Source: Candidatus Bathyarchaeia archaeon
Lineage (GTDB): Archaea > Thermoproteota > Bathyarchaeia > Bathyarchaeales > Bathycorpusculaceae
Direction: 5' to 3'
Assembly: GCA_038849555.1 (NCBI GenBank)
Contig: JAWCMT010000003.1
Location: forward strand, 1,956 to 65,955
Length of the DNA stretch: 64,000 bases
Both the position numbers and the translations under genes were made by a program. This document shows positions 29,681 through 39,605 of this stretch, piece by piece; within the stretch, counting starts at the first letter, position 1; each line of letters begins with the position of its first letter. The notes below the pieces were generated by a model. The model had not been told where the DNA came from, did no database searches, and was given only the letters and a program-made list of their open reading frames with translations.

Positions 29681-30281
29681 AAAACGGGATTATTACTACA
29701 AGAAGGCGAAAGCTGAAAACTATCGTTCAAGAGCCACGTACAAGCTTGCGCAGGCAGCAGCAACATATAATTTTATACGTAAAGGCGATGTGGTTGTTGA
29801 CTTAGGCGCGGCGCCGGGCGGTTGGATTCAGGCAGCCAGAAAAATTGTGGGTAAAAAAGGCTTTGTTTTAGGTGTGGACTTGAAACCGATTGCACCTTTC
29901 TCGCAGGAGTACGTGAGAACAATCGTCGCAGACTTCACTGAACCTGAAACACTGCAGCAGATTCTGGATTTGCTGCCCAGAAAAGCGGATGTTGTGCTTT
30001 CAGACGCGTCGCCGAACATTTCTGGAATCTGGGAGGTTGACCATGCACGTCAAATAGATTTGGCTTCTCAAGCGTTAAGAGTTGCCTTGAACGTGCTGAG
30101 GCCTTTTGGAAACTTTTTTGTTAAAGTTTTTGAAGGCGACATGCTCGCGGACTTCGTAAAGAAAGTGAGGAAGTACTTTGTTAGTGTTAAGGTTATAAAG
30201 CCGAAGGCAAGCCGAGCTAAAAGCTCTGAAATGTTTGTTTTGGCGATGAACTTGAAACCAGAGGCTCCAGCGGAAAAGTAA
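29643..30281 (+). CDS. rlmE: 23S rRNA 2'-O-ribose methyltransferase RlmE (FtsJ)
   Basis: 212 aa with motifs YRSRATYKL, VVDLGAAPGGW, SDASPNISG and KVFEG. Confidence 0.85.
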   Translation: MTTRLPKAWIQDRKRDYYYKKAKAENYRSRATYKLAQAAATYNFIRKGDVVVDLGAAPGGWIQAARKIVGKKGFVLGVDLKPIAPFSQEYVRTIVADFTEPETLQQILDLLPRKADVVLSDASPNISGIWEVDHARQIDLASQALRVALNVLRPFGNFFVKVFEGDMLADFVKKVRKYFVSVKVIKPKASRAKSSEMFVLAMNLKPEAPAEK

Positions 30282-30313
30282 AGCTAATTTTACTGTTGCT
30301 TAATTATGATTAG

Positions 30314-31015
30314 GTGGAAGGTTTGCGAATTGTATCAGCTGACTCTGCGGCGGCAATATTGGACGAGAAATTTACGCCAATAAGGCTGGTAGCTTCCGCT
30401 TCGGTTTTGGTTAATCCTCCGTATAGGGAACCATACGCGCGATTAGTTGAGCCCATATTTAAAGAAGTGGAAAACGGAGGCGAAGTGATATTGCAAGAGG
30501 CTTTGCTGTGTAGAAACCTGCTTGACAAAGTGAAAGCAGATGTCGTGCACTTAGACATGACGCTAGGCGCGGTGCCCATCCAAGAGCTGTCTCCGGTTGA
30601 GTTATCAAATATGAAAATATCAGGTAGGGCGCGTCAACAAATTTTGAAAGTGCTGCCGACACTGCGGAAAATAGCCTGCGACATTGAAAGAGCATACGGC
30701 GTGGAAGTTTTAGCGATTGGGAAAGAAAGCGTTCCAGTTCGAGTGGCGGAATTGACGGCTGGTGCCGAAGCAGTTTTGTTCGCTTGCGCAAATGCTGTGC
30801 GGGAAAAGCAGAACGTACTTTTGGGTCTACCCTTTGCATGTCAGCCCATAATTGCTGGAAACAGCGTTTACCTTTATTCGCTTTTGGCTGCGGAGCATGA
30901 TGTTCGCGGCTATGCCGAAGATACAGAAGGAGTCTTAGGCAAAGTTAATATTATGGAAACTTTAAATCCATGCGCAAGAGGTTTTCGCGCGTTAAAAATA
31001 GAGCCTTTAAGTTAA
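30314..31015 (+). CDS. Conserved hypothetical protein (GTG start)
   Basis: 233 aa with clean coding-like composition. I recognise no motif with confidence. Confidence 0.45.
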   Translation: MEGLRIVSADSAAAILDEKFTPIRLVASASVLVNPPYREPYARLVEPIFKEVENGGEVILQEALLCRNLLDKVKADVVHLDMTLGAVPIQELSPVELSNMKISGRARQQILKVLPTLRKIACDIERAYGVEVLAIGKESVPVRVAELTAGAEAVLFACANAVREKQNVLLGLPFACQPIIAGNSVYLYSLLAAEHDVRGYAEDTEGVLGKVNIMETLNPCARGFRALKIEPLS

Positions 31016-31034
31016 AAAACGGGAGTTACAAAGC

Positions 31035-31583
31035 ATGATTTTTGACATTTGGAAAAATGCTTCGCCGAAACGGAAGCGAATTTACTCGGTGATTGCGGTT
31101 TTCGTGCTTTCAGTTATAATAACTCTTATTGGCAGTTTTATGCCTGTTGATGCTGAACAAGCGAGGCAGATTAGCGAAAAACTTAACCAGACTTTGACCA
31201 CTGCAACCGAAAGTGAAATGCTTATGCAGTATATTTTCGGAAACAACTTCTTCATCTGTCTAATCATGTTCATTCCAGTTGTGGGACCAATCTTCGGCTT
31301 TTTTGTGCTTTTCAGCACAGGTGCAGCAGCAAGCGCTGTGGCTGCAACGCAAGGTTTTCCTTCAATCATAGCGGTAATCGCTTTAATCATAACTCCAGTG
31401 TTTTGGTTAGAATACGTAGCTTATTCAACTGCCATGGCCATGAGCGTTTGGCTTTTCCGCCGTATACTTCAAGGAAGAGGGCGGCATGAATTCAGAAACA
31501 CGTGTTTATTCATTACATTATGCGCGGTGCTGCTTGTTATAGGCGCGGCTGTCGAAACAGCGCTGATAATGTTAGCCACATGA
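31035..31583 (+). CDS. SpoIIM-like (DUF95) integral membrane protein
   Basis: 182 aa with an IFGNNF motif and several TM helices. Confidence 0.5.
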   Translation: MIFDIWKNASPKRKRIYSVIAVFVLSVIITLIGSFMPVDAEQARQISEKLNQTLTTATESEMLMQYIFGNNFFICLIMFIPVVGPIFGFFVLFSTGAAASAVAATQGFPSIIAVIALIITPVFWLEYVAYSTAMAMSVWLFRRILQGRGRHEFRNTCLFITLCAVLLVIGAAVETALIMLAT

Positions 31584-31595
31584 AAAGAGTCGCAC

Positions 31596-32471
31596 TTAAC
31601 TTTGGCCTTTTCTCTTTGTAGAAGCTATTTCTAAACTTAAATCTAATGCGCTGACGCTGTGGGTAAGCTCACCGAGGCTTATTATGTTAACTCCTGTTTG
31701 AGCATATTCCAAAAGGTTTTCCTGCGTGATGCCGCCGCTTGCTTCCAGCAAGATTTTTCCATGGAAGCCTGCTTTTTTCAGCGCCTCAATAGCTTCCTGA
31801 ATTTGGTTGGGCGAGAAATTGTCAAGCATAATTATGTCTGCGCCTACTTCCGCGGCCTTCAGAGCATCTTTAACGCAGGTAACTTCTACTTCGATTTTTT
31901 TGCTGAAGGAAGCATGCTGTTTGGCGCGTTTTACTGCGCTCTCGACATTACCAGCTATCGCAATATGGTTATCCTTCACCAGAATCATGTCCCCCAAATG
32001 TAGCCTATGCGTGTCTCCTCCTCCGATAAGCACAGCTTTCTTGTCAAAATAGCCGAGACCGGGAGCCGTTTTGCGTGTTGCTGCAATTTTAACGGGTAAA
32101 CTTGCTTTTTCAAGTTTTTCCACAAGACGCCGGGTGACAGTGGCGATGCCGCACATGCGCGATAGCAGATTCAGCATTGTACGCTCGGCTGAGAGAATAG
32201 TCTGGGCATCTCCAGAAACTGCTATGATAACTTGGCCGTTTCTGATTTTTTCGCCATCTTTTGCTTTTGCTTGCACACTTAAGCCAAGGCACTCAGCGAG
32301 AATCCTTGTTTCTTCGATTCCAGCAGCTACTCCCGCTTCCTTAGCTACAATTGTCGCCTCTACCATCAAGCCTGCGGGTACAACAGCCGCGGATGTTACG
32401 TCACCTTGCTCAGTATCTTCAGCTAACAGTTGCTTCAGCTTTTCTTCTAAGATTCTACGCGGTATAAACAT
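31596..32471 (-). CDS. nadC: Nicotinate-nucleotide pyrophosphorylase (quinolinate phosphoribosyltransferase)
   Basis: 291 aa with motifs GDVTS, ERT.LN.L...GIAT, TRKT.PG, HR..L.D..L.KDNH and MLDNF. Confidence 0.9.
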   Translation of the reverse strand: MFIPRRILEEKLKQLLAEDTEQGDVTSAAVVPAGLMVEATIVAKEAGVAAGIEETRILAECLGLSVQAKAKDGEKIRNGQVIIAVSGDAQTILSAERTMLNLLSRMCGIATVTRRLVEKLEKASLPVKIAATRKTAPGLGYFDKKAVLIGGGDTHRLHLGDMILVKDNHIAIAGNVESAVKRAKQHASFSKKIEVEVTCVKDALKAAEVGADIIMLDNFSPNQIQEAIEALKKAGFHGKILLEASGGITQENLLEYAQTGVNIISLGELTHSVSALDLSLEIASTKRKGQS

Positions 32472-32668
32472 GGCTGTTACTTTCCTCTTTTAAGTTTAAA
32501 ATACTTACTTGATTACACCAACGATTGCGCAAATAACTTTGAATTGCAGTTTAAGGATGCATGTGGCTTTCTCTTAACCCATGACGCCGCCCTCAGATTT
32601 TGAGACAAAAGGTATATTTGGCAGTTAACCATCTGACTCTTAGCACCAAAAATATAGAGGATCAGCAA

Positions 32669-32830
32669 ATGCCGATATTAGATCCAGTTAAAAAGTCGAT
32701 TGCACAAAAGCATAGGCTTTACATGAAGATTTGCAGAGACTGCGGAGCCAGAAACGCGGAGACGGCAATAAAATGCCGAAAATGCAAAAGCAAGAATCTT
32801 CGCTGGAAGAAACGTGAGATTGTAAAGTAA
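32669..32830 (+). CDS. rpl40e: 50S ribosomal protein L40e
   Basis: 53 aa: MPILDPVKKSIAQKHRLYMKICRDCGARNAETAIKCRKCKSKNLRWKKREIVK. This is the typical C4 zinc-ribbon L40e. The upstream part of track ORF 32600..32830 is discarded. Confidence 0.85.
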   Translation: MPILDPVKKSIAQKHRLYMKICRDCGARNAETAIKCRKCKSKNLRWKKREIVK

Positions 32831-32837
32831 AAGGCGC

Positions 32838-33455
32838 TTATTCAAGAATTTTAACTAACGTTTCCATGTTGAAAACGGTGTTTGCACACCCATTCTTTAT
32901 CAAAGGGACAGCTTGCCCCGCAACGTTCATTTGACCTAAGGCAGTCACAGCCAGTTTTACCTCTTCGCCGCAAGCAACGCCAACTACGCCTTCGTATTGA
33001 TTGCGCGTCAAAATTTTAGAAATGCATGAACCACCTGGAACCACATAAACATCATAGCCTTTTTTCTTGGCAAAGCTTTCTGCCTTGTTAATTAGGCAGT
33101 CTGAAGAACAATGCGCACAAGTATAGGAGGGAATACTCGCGTCAAAAGAGGCTTTGCAGCGACTGTCCATATATTTTCTGGAGCAATGCGGAAGCAAAAG
33201 AGCCTTTTTCTTGGCTTGTAAAAATCTTTTTCTTTCCAAAAGATTCATTGTTTGTACTTCTATGAAATCTTGGAGTAGAACGACGGCGTCGGAGAGATTT
33301 AATCCTGTGGCTTCTTGTATCCTAAACCTTTTTATGATATCCTGCAAGTTTTTGAGGAAGGTTTTGTGCATGCCACTCTGGTAGCTGATCTTGGCGATTT
33401 CTGTGAAGAAGAAGCGTGGAACCTGTGATAGATCGAATGTGAATTTGTATGGCAT
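32838..33455 (-). CDS. DUF116-family Cys-rich protein
   Basis: 205 aa. The segment LLLPHCSRK...C......YTCAHCSSDC.I.......GYDVYVVPGGS is characteristic of DUF116. Confidence 0.6.
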   Translation of the reverse strand: MPYKFTFDLSQVPRFFFTEIAKISYQSGMHKTFLKNLQDIIKRFRIQEATGLNLSDAVVLLQDFIEVQTMNLLERKRFLQAKKKALLLPHCSRKYMDSRCKASFDASIPSYTCAHCSSDCLINKAESFAKKKGYDVYVVPGGSCISKILTRNQYEGVVGVACGEEVKLAVTALGQMNVAGQAVPLIKNGCANTVFNMETLVKILE

Positions 33456-33517
33456 AACTTAAGATTAACGACGGCCAAACTTAAAAGAATACCTATTTAC
33501 TTTGTGCAAATCTATGC

Positions 33518-33955
33518 CTAAAGTGACCTGTTGACTTCTTCGTTGACACCTAAGAGTTCCCGCAGAGCCCGTATGTCTTCTCGCAACTGCTTTATTTCGA
33601 TTTCAAGAGTGCTGGCTCGTGACTCTGCAACTTTTTTAAGCTGCTCAATTTCCATTAATAGACTCGCCCGCTCCGTTTCTAAGGCGCTTATCTTTTCTCG
33701 CAAAAACTTCAAAGTCTGCGTTAACCCTTCATGTATATCTTTAACTTTTTCAGCCAAAATTTTAACATCCCTTGTTTCCGCATACGTAGTGGCGGTGTTT
33801 ACTTTGGATTTGAATGTGGAATTGCATTCGGGACATTTGAAAAGACCAACTCGAAATTCAGGTATGACTCCATATGCCACTTGTTTGGGAGGCGCTACTG
33901 TCCAGCATTTAACGGCGGCAGGTACATTTGTTCCACAATTCGGGCAGTTAACCAA
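33518..33955 (-). CDS. Zinc-ribbon plus coiled-coil protein (TTG start)
   Basis: 145 aa with CPNCG...CPECN followed by a heptad-rich C-terminal half. Confidence 0.45.
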   Translation of the reverse strand: MVNCPNCGTNVPAAVKCWTVAPPKQVAYGVIPEFRVGLFKCPECNSTFKSKVNTATTYAETRDVKILAEKVKDIHEGLTQTLKFLREKISALETERASLLMEIEQLKKVAESRASTLEIEIKQLREDIRALRELLGVNEEVNRSL

Positions 33956-34097
33956 TGTATAGCCCCCGCATGTTTGAACGCATTCAATATCCTCAAAAGT
34001 TATTCCTCACGATTAACCTATAAAATTTTGCATTATCTATCTAAATTTGCATTCACGGAATATTAAAGAAAAAATCTGGAAAATGGAAATCTAATTA

Positions 34098-35072
34098 TCA
34101 AATGCTGATTTTGAACAGTAATTTCTCAACAAGTTCTTTGTACCGATTTCTGATAGTAACCTCTGTTACCTGCGCAATCTCCGCTATTTCCCGTTGCGTT
34201 TTCCGTTCACCTGTTAAAACAGAAGCAACATAGCTTGCAGCGGCAGCGATGCCGGTGGGTCCTCGGCCTGAAGTGAGCTTAAGTTCCTTCGCTGCGGATA
34301 GAATTTTATGCGCAATTTCTTCGACTTTGCCTTGCATTGTTAGCTGATTAGAAAACTTGGTTATGTATTGGCTAGGTCGAAGCGGTGGAATAGAATAGTT
34401 CAGCTCTTTAATTAAAAAGCGGTAACTGCGCCCGATTTCTTTTTTGTTAACAGCGGATGCCTGCGATATCTCGTCTAAAGTTCTTGGCAATCCACACTGC
34501 CTACACGCCAAGTAAATCGCTGCTGAAGTCACACCTTGAATCGACCTTCCACGTATCAGCCGCTCTTTCACTGCCTTTCGATAAATAACGGAGGCTGTTT
34601 CCAAGATGTTTTTGGGAAGATTCAGGTTATTGGAGATTTTTGTGATTTCAGATAAAGCAAATGCCAAGTTGCGTTCTGTAGCGTCAGAAACACGTATACG
34701 GCGCTGCCATTTTCTCAGACGATACACTTGCGCCTTCTGCCCAGGCGAGAGGCTTTTGCCATATATGTCGCGGTCATGCCAATCAATTGTTGTTGATAAA
34801 CCTTTGTCGTGAATCGTGTACGTTAAGGGCGCGCCAACTCTTGTCCGTTTTGACCTTTGCTCATCGTCGAAAGCGCGCCATTCGGGTCCTCTGTCAGCTA
34901 TTTTGGCGGCAACTACGAAACCGCAGTCCATGCAAACTATTTCGGCGCATTCGTAATCACGCATGAGTCTCGTGCTGCCACACTCGGGGCATGACTGAAC
35001 TTTGGATGGCTCAACGCGTTGAGCCGTATATGAGGGGTCTATATCTTCATGCAGTTTATTATCGCCACTCAT
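34098..35072 (-). CDS. tfb: Transcription initiation factor B (TFB), paralogue 2
   Basis: 324 aa with a Zn ribbon (CPECGS..CMDCG) and two cyclin folds. It is immediately downstream of gar1, with a 1 nt gap. Confidence 0.9.
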   Translation of the reverse strand: MSGDNKLHEDIDPSYTAQRVEPSKVQSCPECGSTRLMRDYECAEIVCMDCGFVVAAKIADRGPEWRAFDDEQRSKRTRVGAPLTYTIHDKGLSTTIDWHDRDIYGKSLSPGQKAQVYRLRKWQRRIRVSDATERNLAFALSEITKISNNLNLPKNILETASVIYRKAVKERLIRGRSIQGVTSAAIYLACRQCGLPRTLDEISQASAVNKKEIGRSYRFLIKELNYSIPPLRPSQYITKFSNQLTMQGKVEEIAHKILSAAKELKLTSGRGPTGIAAAASYVASVLTGERKTQREIAEIAQVTEVTIRNRYKELVEKLLFKISI

Positions 35073-35073
35073 G

Positions 35074-35355
35074 TTATTTTTTACTCCGCCCTTTATTCGA
35101 GAGAAACAGATACAGTTGCTTGCCGATTAACTTTTTAGGCTCTTTAACCTCGGGTTTCACCACTACATAAGGCGAAGACACAGGACCGATTACATCGAAG
35201 ACTTTTCCGACGACTTTAAGATTTTCGTCAACAACGGTGGAACCGATTTTCGGGTTTTTGGCGGCCTTGACAACAATGTTTTGAGAAGGAGACTCACTAA
35301 GCACTTTGCCCAATCTCTGCAAGCAAACATCTCTCCCGAAAAATAAGAACGTCAC
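35074..35355 (-). CDS. gar1: H/ACA ribonucleoprotein component Gar1
   Basis: The sequence [17 protein letters not shown].......G..V.DENLK.VGKV.DV.GPV..PY.VVKP matches Gar1. The track start is a GTG. An alternative TTG at 35322 would give the usual short N-terminus. Confidence 0.75.
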   Translation of the reverse strand: MTFLFFGRDVCLQRLGKVLSESPSQNIVVKAAKNPKIGSTVVDENLKVVGKVFDVIGPVSSPYVVVKPEVKEPKKLIGKQLYLFLSNKGRSKK

Positions 35356-35703
35356 CGTATTAGTTTATTTAAACCTTTCTGCGTAACATGATATACAAAA
35401 ATTCGTAAAGAACGTTTTGCATAGCCTTAAACGCTATTAATGGTCTGCAGAAGCCAGCATTTTCCATATTGAGAAAAATTCTGAGTTAATTTTACAACCA
35501 GTTTCAACTAACCCGCGTTTGCTGCATGCCTAGCTTAAAATGTCTTAGTCGACACTGACAAAATGCTTTTTTCAACTAACCTATATCCGTATTCTGCACG
35601 GTAGAATCTACCCGCTATTGGCCTATGCAATAATTTTCTAATAGCCGAATATGACGGTGTACCGGCGCTTCTGTCTGGCTATGAAAGCTATTCGTTAGCA
35701 TTT

Positions 35704-36288
35704 TCATTTTAGAGCATCAAGTATTTTTTGAGCTATTATTTCAAGTAATTTATCCCTGTTTTCTTGTGCAACTGTAAAAATTTCTGCGTCTTCTCGGCTT
35801 TTAGCTGCTTTTATCAGTTTGTCATTAGCTTTCCAGTGTATTATTGCCACGGCAGGCTTCTGGCCTTCCAGCACTTTTTGCACTGCTTCCTTAAATTTTT
35901 CAGAGAACAATTCCATCGGTCCGATTTCGTCTATGGCAACAGCGTCGCATTTTTCTGCTGCTTCCGCTATGGCCGCTACGCCAATGGAGTCGAGGTCTGA
36001 TAGATTTACTCGGTACTTGCCCACCTGAGGGCCGCCTTGCTGGTTGATGTGAGCAAGCCATCCGCGGCGACCGCTCGTTAAATCCGAAATTTCGAACCCG
36101 ACGCGTACGCCGTTTTCGCGAACTTCGCGGCTTATCATCCCGCCCACGTATACGCCGCTTCCTTTTAGGATGTTAACTGCCTTTGTTAGCACAGTAGTTT
36201 TTCCTATGCCTGGATTTCCAGTCAAGAGGATTACGCGTTTAGGCAATGAATTTAGCCTCTGTATTAACCAGAAGTCTAATATGGGCAT
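35704..36288 (-). CDS. Nucleoside-triphosphatase THEP1/NTPCR family
   Basis: 194 aa with Walker A (LLTGNPGIGKTT), G..V.GF.....G and a DEIGPMEL Walker B. Confidence 0.75.
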   Translation of the reverse strand: MPILDFWLIQRLNSLPKRVILLTGNPGIGKTTVLTKAVNILKGSGVYVGGMISREVRENGVRVGFEISDLTSGRRGWLAHINQQGGPQVGKYRVNLSDLDSIGVAAIAEAAEKCDAVAIDEIGPMELFSEKFKEAVQKVLEGQKPAVAIIHWKANDKLIKAAKSREDAEIFTVAQENRDKLLEIIAQKILDALK

Positions 36289-36322
36289 AAATTTCTTCCC
36301 TCTTTAGCAATGTGAGGCAAAG

Positions 36323-37537
36323 ATGGCGGAAGAAGAATTCAAAGCGGATTTCCCTACGGAAATAGTGCAGGAAGGAAAAGTGAAAGTCTTAGTTCCGAAG
36401 CTCAGCGCGTTCGTTAAGCAGCCGTCTGATTATGCGCCTTCCAAGGCACCTGTATTCTATAACCCAGTCATGGAGTTAAACCGTGACATAGCCATCTTGG
36501 CCTTTCAAGCATATCAGCGAATAATGAACAGGGAAATTACCCTATGCGAGCCTTTGGCAAGCACGGGAATCCGCGGCATCCGCTTCGCCGCTGAAGTCCA
36601 CGGCGCCAAGAGTGTCTTAATCGGCGATGTTTCCGAGAGGGCTGCCGAGCTTGCACGTTACAATGCGCGTTTAAATGGGCTTCAGGAGTGCGTGACAGTA
36701 CAGCACAAGGATGCGAATTGCCTGCTCAGTGAGCGTGCCGCGCCGCACAGAAGATTCGACGCCGTAGACGTGGACCCTTTCGGGTCGCCTGCGCCCTACT
36801 TGGATTCGGCAATCCGCGCCTTACGGGACAATGGACTTTTGGCTGTTACCGCAACAGACTTGGCGCCTCTCTGCGGCGTCCATCCAAAGGCGTGTGTAAG
36901 AAAATATGGTGGGAAACCGCTGCGTGCTGAATACTGTCAGGAGCTTGCAGTTCGCCTATTAGCAGGCTGCATAGCCGCTGTTGCAGCGAAGCAGGATATT
37001 GGCATCCGCGTGCTGTTTAGCCACTCCACAGACCATTACATTCGCGTTTACGCGCAGATAGCCTATGGCGCGAAAAAGGCTGATGACGCCGTCAAGAGCC
37101 TTGGCTATATTCTGCATTGCTTCAACTGCTTACACAGAGAAAACGTGAAAGCTCTTTTCGGCAGAGGCGTTGAGTGCCCGCAGTGCGGTTCAAAGATGGA
37201 TTATGCTGGACCGCTTTGGCTGGAAAAAATCTTTGACAGGAGCTTCTGCGAGTTGATGGAAAAGGAGAACATGCATAGGGCACTAAGGAACAGCTTAAAA
37301 ATCGCGAAGCTGCTCTCCACAGCGAAAGAGGAGGCTGAGGCGCCAGCGACATATTACGTTCTTGACAAAATCAGTGATAAACTAGCCCTGCCAGTGCCCG
37401 CCGTTAATGCCATACTACAGGTTCTGCGAGAAAATGGTTTTCAGGCTTTCCCAACACACTTCAATTCAAGAGGGATACGAACAGATGCGCCTGCCTTCAC
37501 TATGCAGAGACTCATTTGGAGAGGTGCACATGTATAA
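36323..37537 (+). CDS. trm1: tRNA (guanine26-N2)-dimethyltransferase Trm1
   Basis: 404 aa with motifs FYNP.MELNRD, ASG.RGIRFA, DVDPFGSP and a C-terminal Cys cluster (CFNC..CPQCG). Confidence 0.9.
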   Translation: MAEEEFKADFPTEIVQEGKVKVLVPKLSAFVKQPSDYAPSKAPVFYNPVMELNRDIAILAFQAYQRIMNREITLCEPLASTGIRGIRFAAEVHGAKSVLIGDVSERAAELARYNARLNGLQECVTVQHKDANCLLSERAAPHRRFDAVDVDPFGSPAPYLDSAIRALRDNGLLAVTATDLAPLCGVHPKACVRKYGGKPLRAEYCQELAVRLLAGCIAAVAAKQDIGIRVLFSHSTDHYIRVYAQIAYGAKKADDAVKSLGYILHCFNCLHRENVKALFGRGVECPQCGSKMDYAGPLWLEKIFDRSFCELMEKENMHRALRNSLKIAKLLSTAKEEAEAPATYYVLDKISDKLALPVPAVNAILQVLRENGFQAFPTHFNSRGIRTDAPAFTMQRLIWRGAHV

Positions 37538-37667
37538 TCTTACGCAGTAAGCTAAGAATAGTTTTGAATTAAAGACCGTAAAACAATTCATTTTTTTTAA
37601 TTGTTACATCTGCTCGACTTAAACGTTAACGCTTACAGCGCATTAGGGAATAGGTAAAAGAGAAGTA

Positions 37668-38783
37668 TCATTTTCTTTTTATTGATAATCTTACTATTGT
37701 TGCTCCAATCACCAATAGCATAATTACTGTTATAGTTAATACGCCCATGCTGATTGTTGAAGTGTTATCTTGAGGTGATGACGAAGGGGATGCAAGGGGC
37801 GATTCCCACTCTAAATTGCCTGTGTCGCTATAGTCTATGCGGTCATATGCTATGTTACTGCAATGAAAAACTTCGCCTGAATTAGCCCAGACGTATATTG
37901 TCAAACCTTTTACGCTGCCAGGATATGTTTGGTTTAGATATAATTCAACGTGCCAGTAGGGTCTAAGCACTGTGGAGTTTATTGGATAAGCCACCAGTTT
38001 TGCTTTACTTTGATCTTTAGTTATGTTGAAACCACGTATTTGTGAACCATCAGGCATGGTGTATGAATAAGTTTCGCTATATTTTATGGCAATGTCTATG
38101 GCTTGTTCACGTGATACATTCACGGTTGTATCACCAATTGAATAGAGCAAGCGGTTGTCATAGAAGGAATCAAATAGCCCATTCTTTTGAAAACCCACTT
38201 GCAATGAAGTGTACTCTACACCATTTACAGTATATACCCATTTGAATTGTAAGATTTCAGTTCCAAAATTATTGACAGTAGATAGGGTAAATTTGATGTT
38301 ACCCGCCGTTATTGACAAATCTTTAGTTATATCAAGCCCAGAGAGCATGCTTATCATATCGTTAGAGTCAACTTTTGTAAAAGTTTGATATCTTTCCAAA
38401 AAGGTCTTTACGCCCTCTACCAAGTTAACATATTGTCTGTCACTGATAACAGGCCCCTTTTTAGCTATCATATTACAGCTAATCAAGATGTTGTTTTGCA
38501 CAGTGCATGTTACAACAAGAGTGCTTTCTTTTGAGTCTAACGTGAACTCTAGTACCTCTGATGTAAACCATGCTAAATCAGATGGACCCATAATTTTTTG
38601 GTATCTTGTGAGAGTTAAATTATATTTTGTTAAATCAAGAGGAAGCACTTTTTCTACAAACTCAATGGCTTTTTCTTGTGCGGCAGATTGTGTTGCGAAC
38701 GCGTAAGAAAAGCAGCCAATTAAATAAAATACTATCAATAAAATTATTGCCCGCGCACAAACTTTTGTTAATTGGCTGTTCAA
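37668..38783 (-). CDS. Membrane-anchored secreted protein with PepSY-like modules (TTG start)
   Basis: 371 aa. It has an N-terminal signal/anchor and a C-terminal TM plus KRK. Segments such as VSREQAIDIAIKY and YWHVELYL....IYVWANSGEV resemble PepSY propeptide/inhibitor domains. The DNA is low-GC. Confidence 0.45.
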   Translation of the reverse strand: MNSQLTKVCARAIILLIVFYLIGCFSYAFATQSAAQEKAIEFVEKVLPLDLTKYNLTLTRYQKIMGPSDLAWFTSEVLEFTLDSKESTLVVTCTVQNNILISCNMIAKKGPVISDRQYVNLVEGVKTFLERYQTFTKVDSNDMISMLSGLDITKDLSITAGNIKFTLSTVNNFGTEILQFKWVYTVNGVEYTSLQVGFQKNGLFDSFYDNRLLYSIGDTTVNVSREQAIDIAIKYSETYSYTMPDGSQIRGFNITKDQSKAKLVAYPINSTVLRPYWHVELYLNQTYPGSVKGLTIYVWANSGEVFHCSNIAYDRIDYSDTGNLEWESPLASPSSSPQDNTSTISMGVLTITVIMLLVIGATIVRLSIKRK

Positions 38784-38795
38784 TTCATTTCACCT

Positions 38796-39605
38796 CTAAG
38801 GCAGAGCCAAAGATACATTGCCAAACGCTATTAGCCACCACCAGAGTGGAGTTTGTGAAAAGTATTGTACACCGTATACTGTTTGAGCTATATAGTTTAA
38901 TGCCTCATTAACAGTAGCTCCGCCACACATAAAGTACCAGAAAAGATAGGCAACGTGAGCAAATTTCCACATACCGTTGGCGGTATATTCGAATTGCGGC
39001 GAACCATCCTACCATCCTAGGTAGACTCGAATCCCAGAGGTAGCATAAGGATACATCAAAGGATCCATTGCTGTTGTCCAGCAATAGGGCATTCCATAGT
39101 ATCCATACGAATCTGGATTAAGTGCACCGGCGGGATATTTCTCTGCTGTTTCACAATGCCATATAAACGTAAAGACATTTTTAGTTGATGTGTACGGCAA
39201 AATATGCACATTGTCGATAACAGGCGCACCATTATTGGAAAGAAGGGACATATGATTCCAATTGGGCAGGCTAGCATTCAAATATGGATACCCCCTATGG
39301 CCCTTTGAAAAAACTACTGCCTTGTTAAAAGAGGTTTTCAATGTCGAGAGAATACTAACGTAACGCTCAACAGTACAGTTGGCATCAAAGCTATCATAAC
39401 AGCCACCATATTTTGCAGCAAGCATATCCCTAATGTATGCGCAAGTTGCTCTAGATAGTATAATTTCATTATTTGTGTCTGTTCCTTCTTGGAAATTGTT
39501 CGGGCAAAAGACGGTGGTACCCACATTAGCTGAAACCGCTTGAGGTATTAAAGAAAGCAAGCCGATAAGCAGGTTTGCGCATATTACAATAGGCACTTTG
39601 CTCAT
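38796..39605 (-). pseudogene. Secreted Trp/Tyr-rich protein gene interrupted by one in-frame TAG (track ORF 39009..39605 plus 70 more in-frame codons)
   Basis: I verified the codons by hand: ...GTC TAC CTA GGA TGG TAG GAT GGT TCG CCG CAA TTC... After the TAG at 39011-39009 the frame continues DGSPQFEYTANGMWKFAHVAYLFWYFMCGGATVNEALNYIAQTVYGVQYFSQTPLWWWLIAFGNVSLALP. It ends at a second TAG (38798-38796). Confidence 0.55.

Noticed and set aside
38796-39011. Pyrrolysine decoding as the primary explanation for the in-frame TAG
   Set aside because: TAG is used as an ordinary terminator by porD (1478), the RecJ/GAN-like gene (22901) and bud32 (27511) in this same window. No pyl genes are seen here. 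I keep it only as a minor alternative in the finding.
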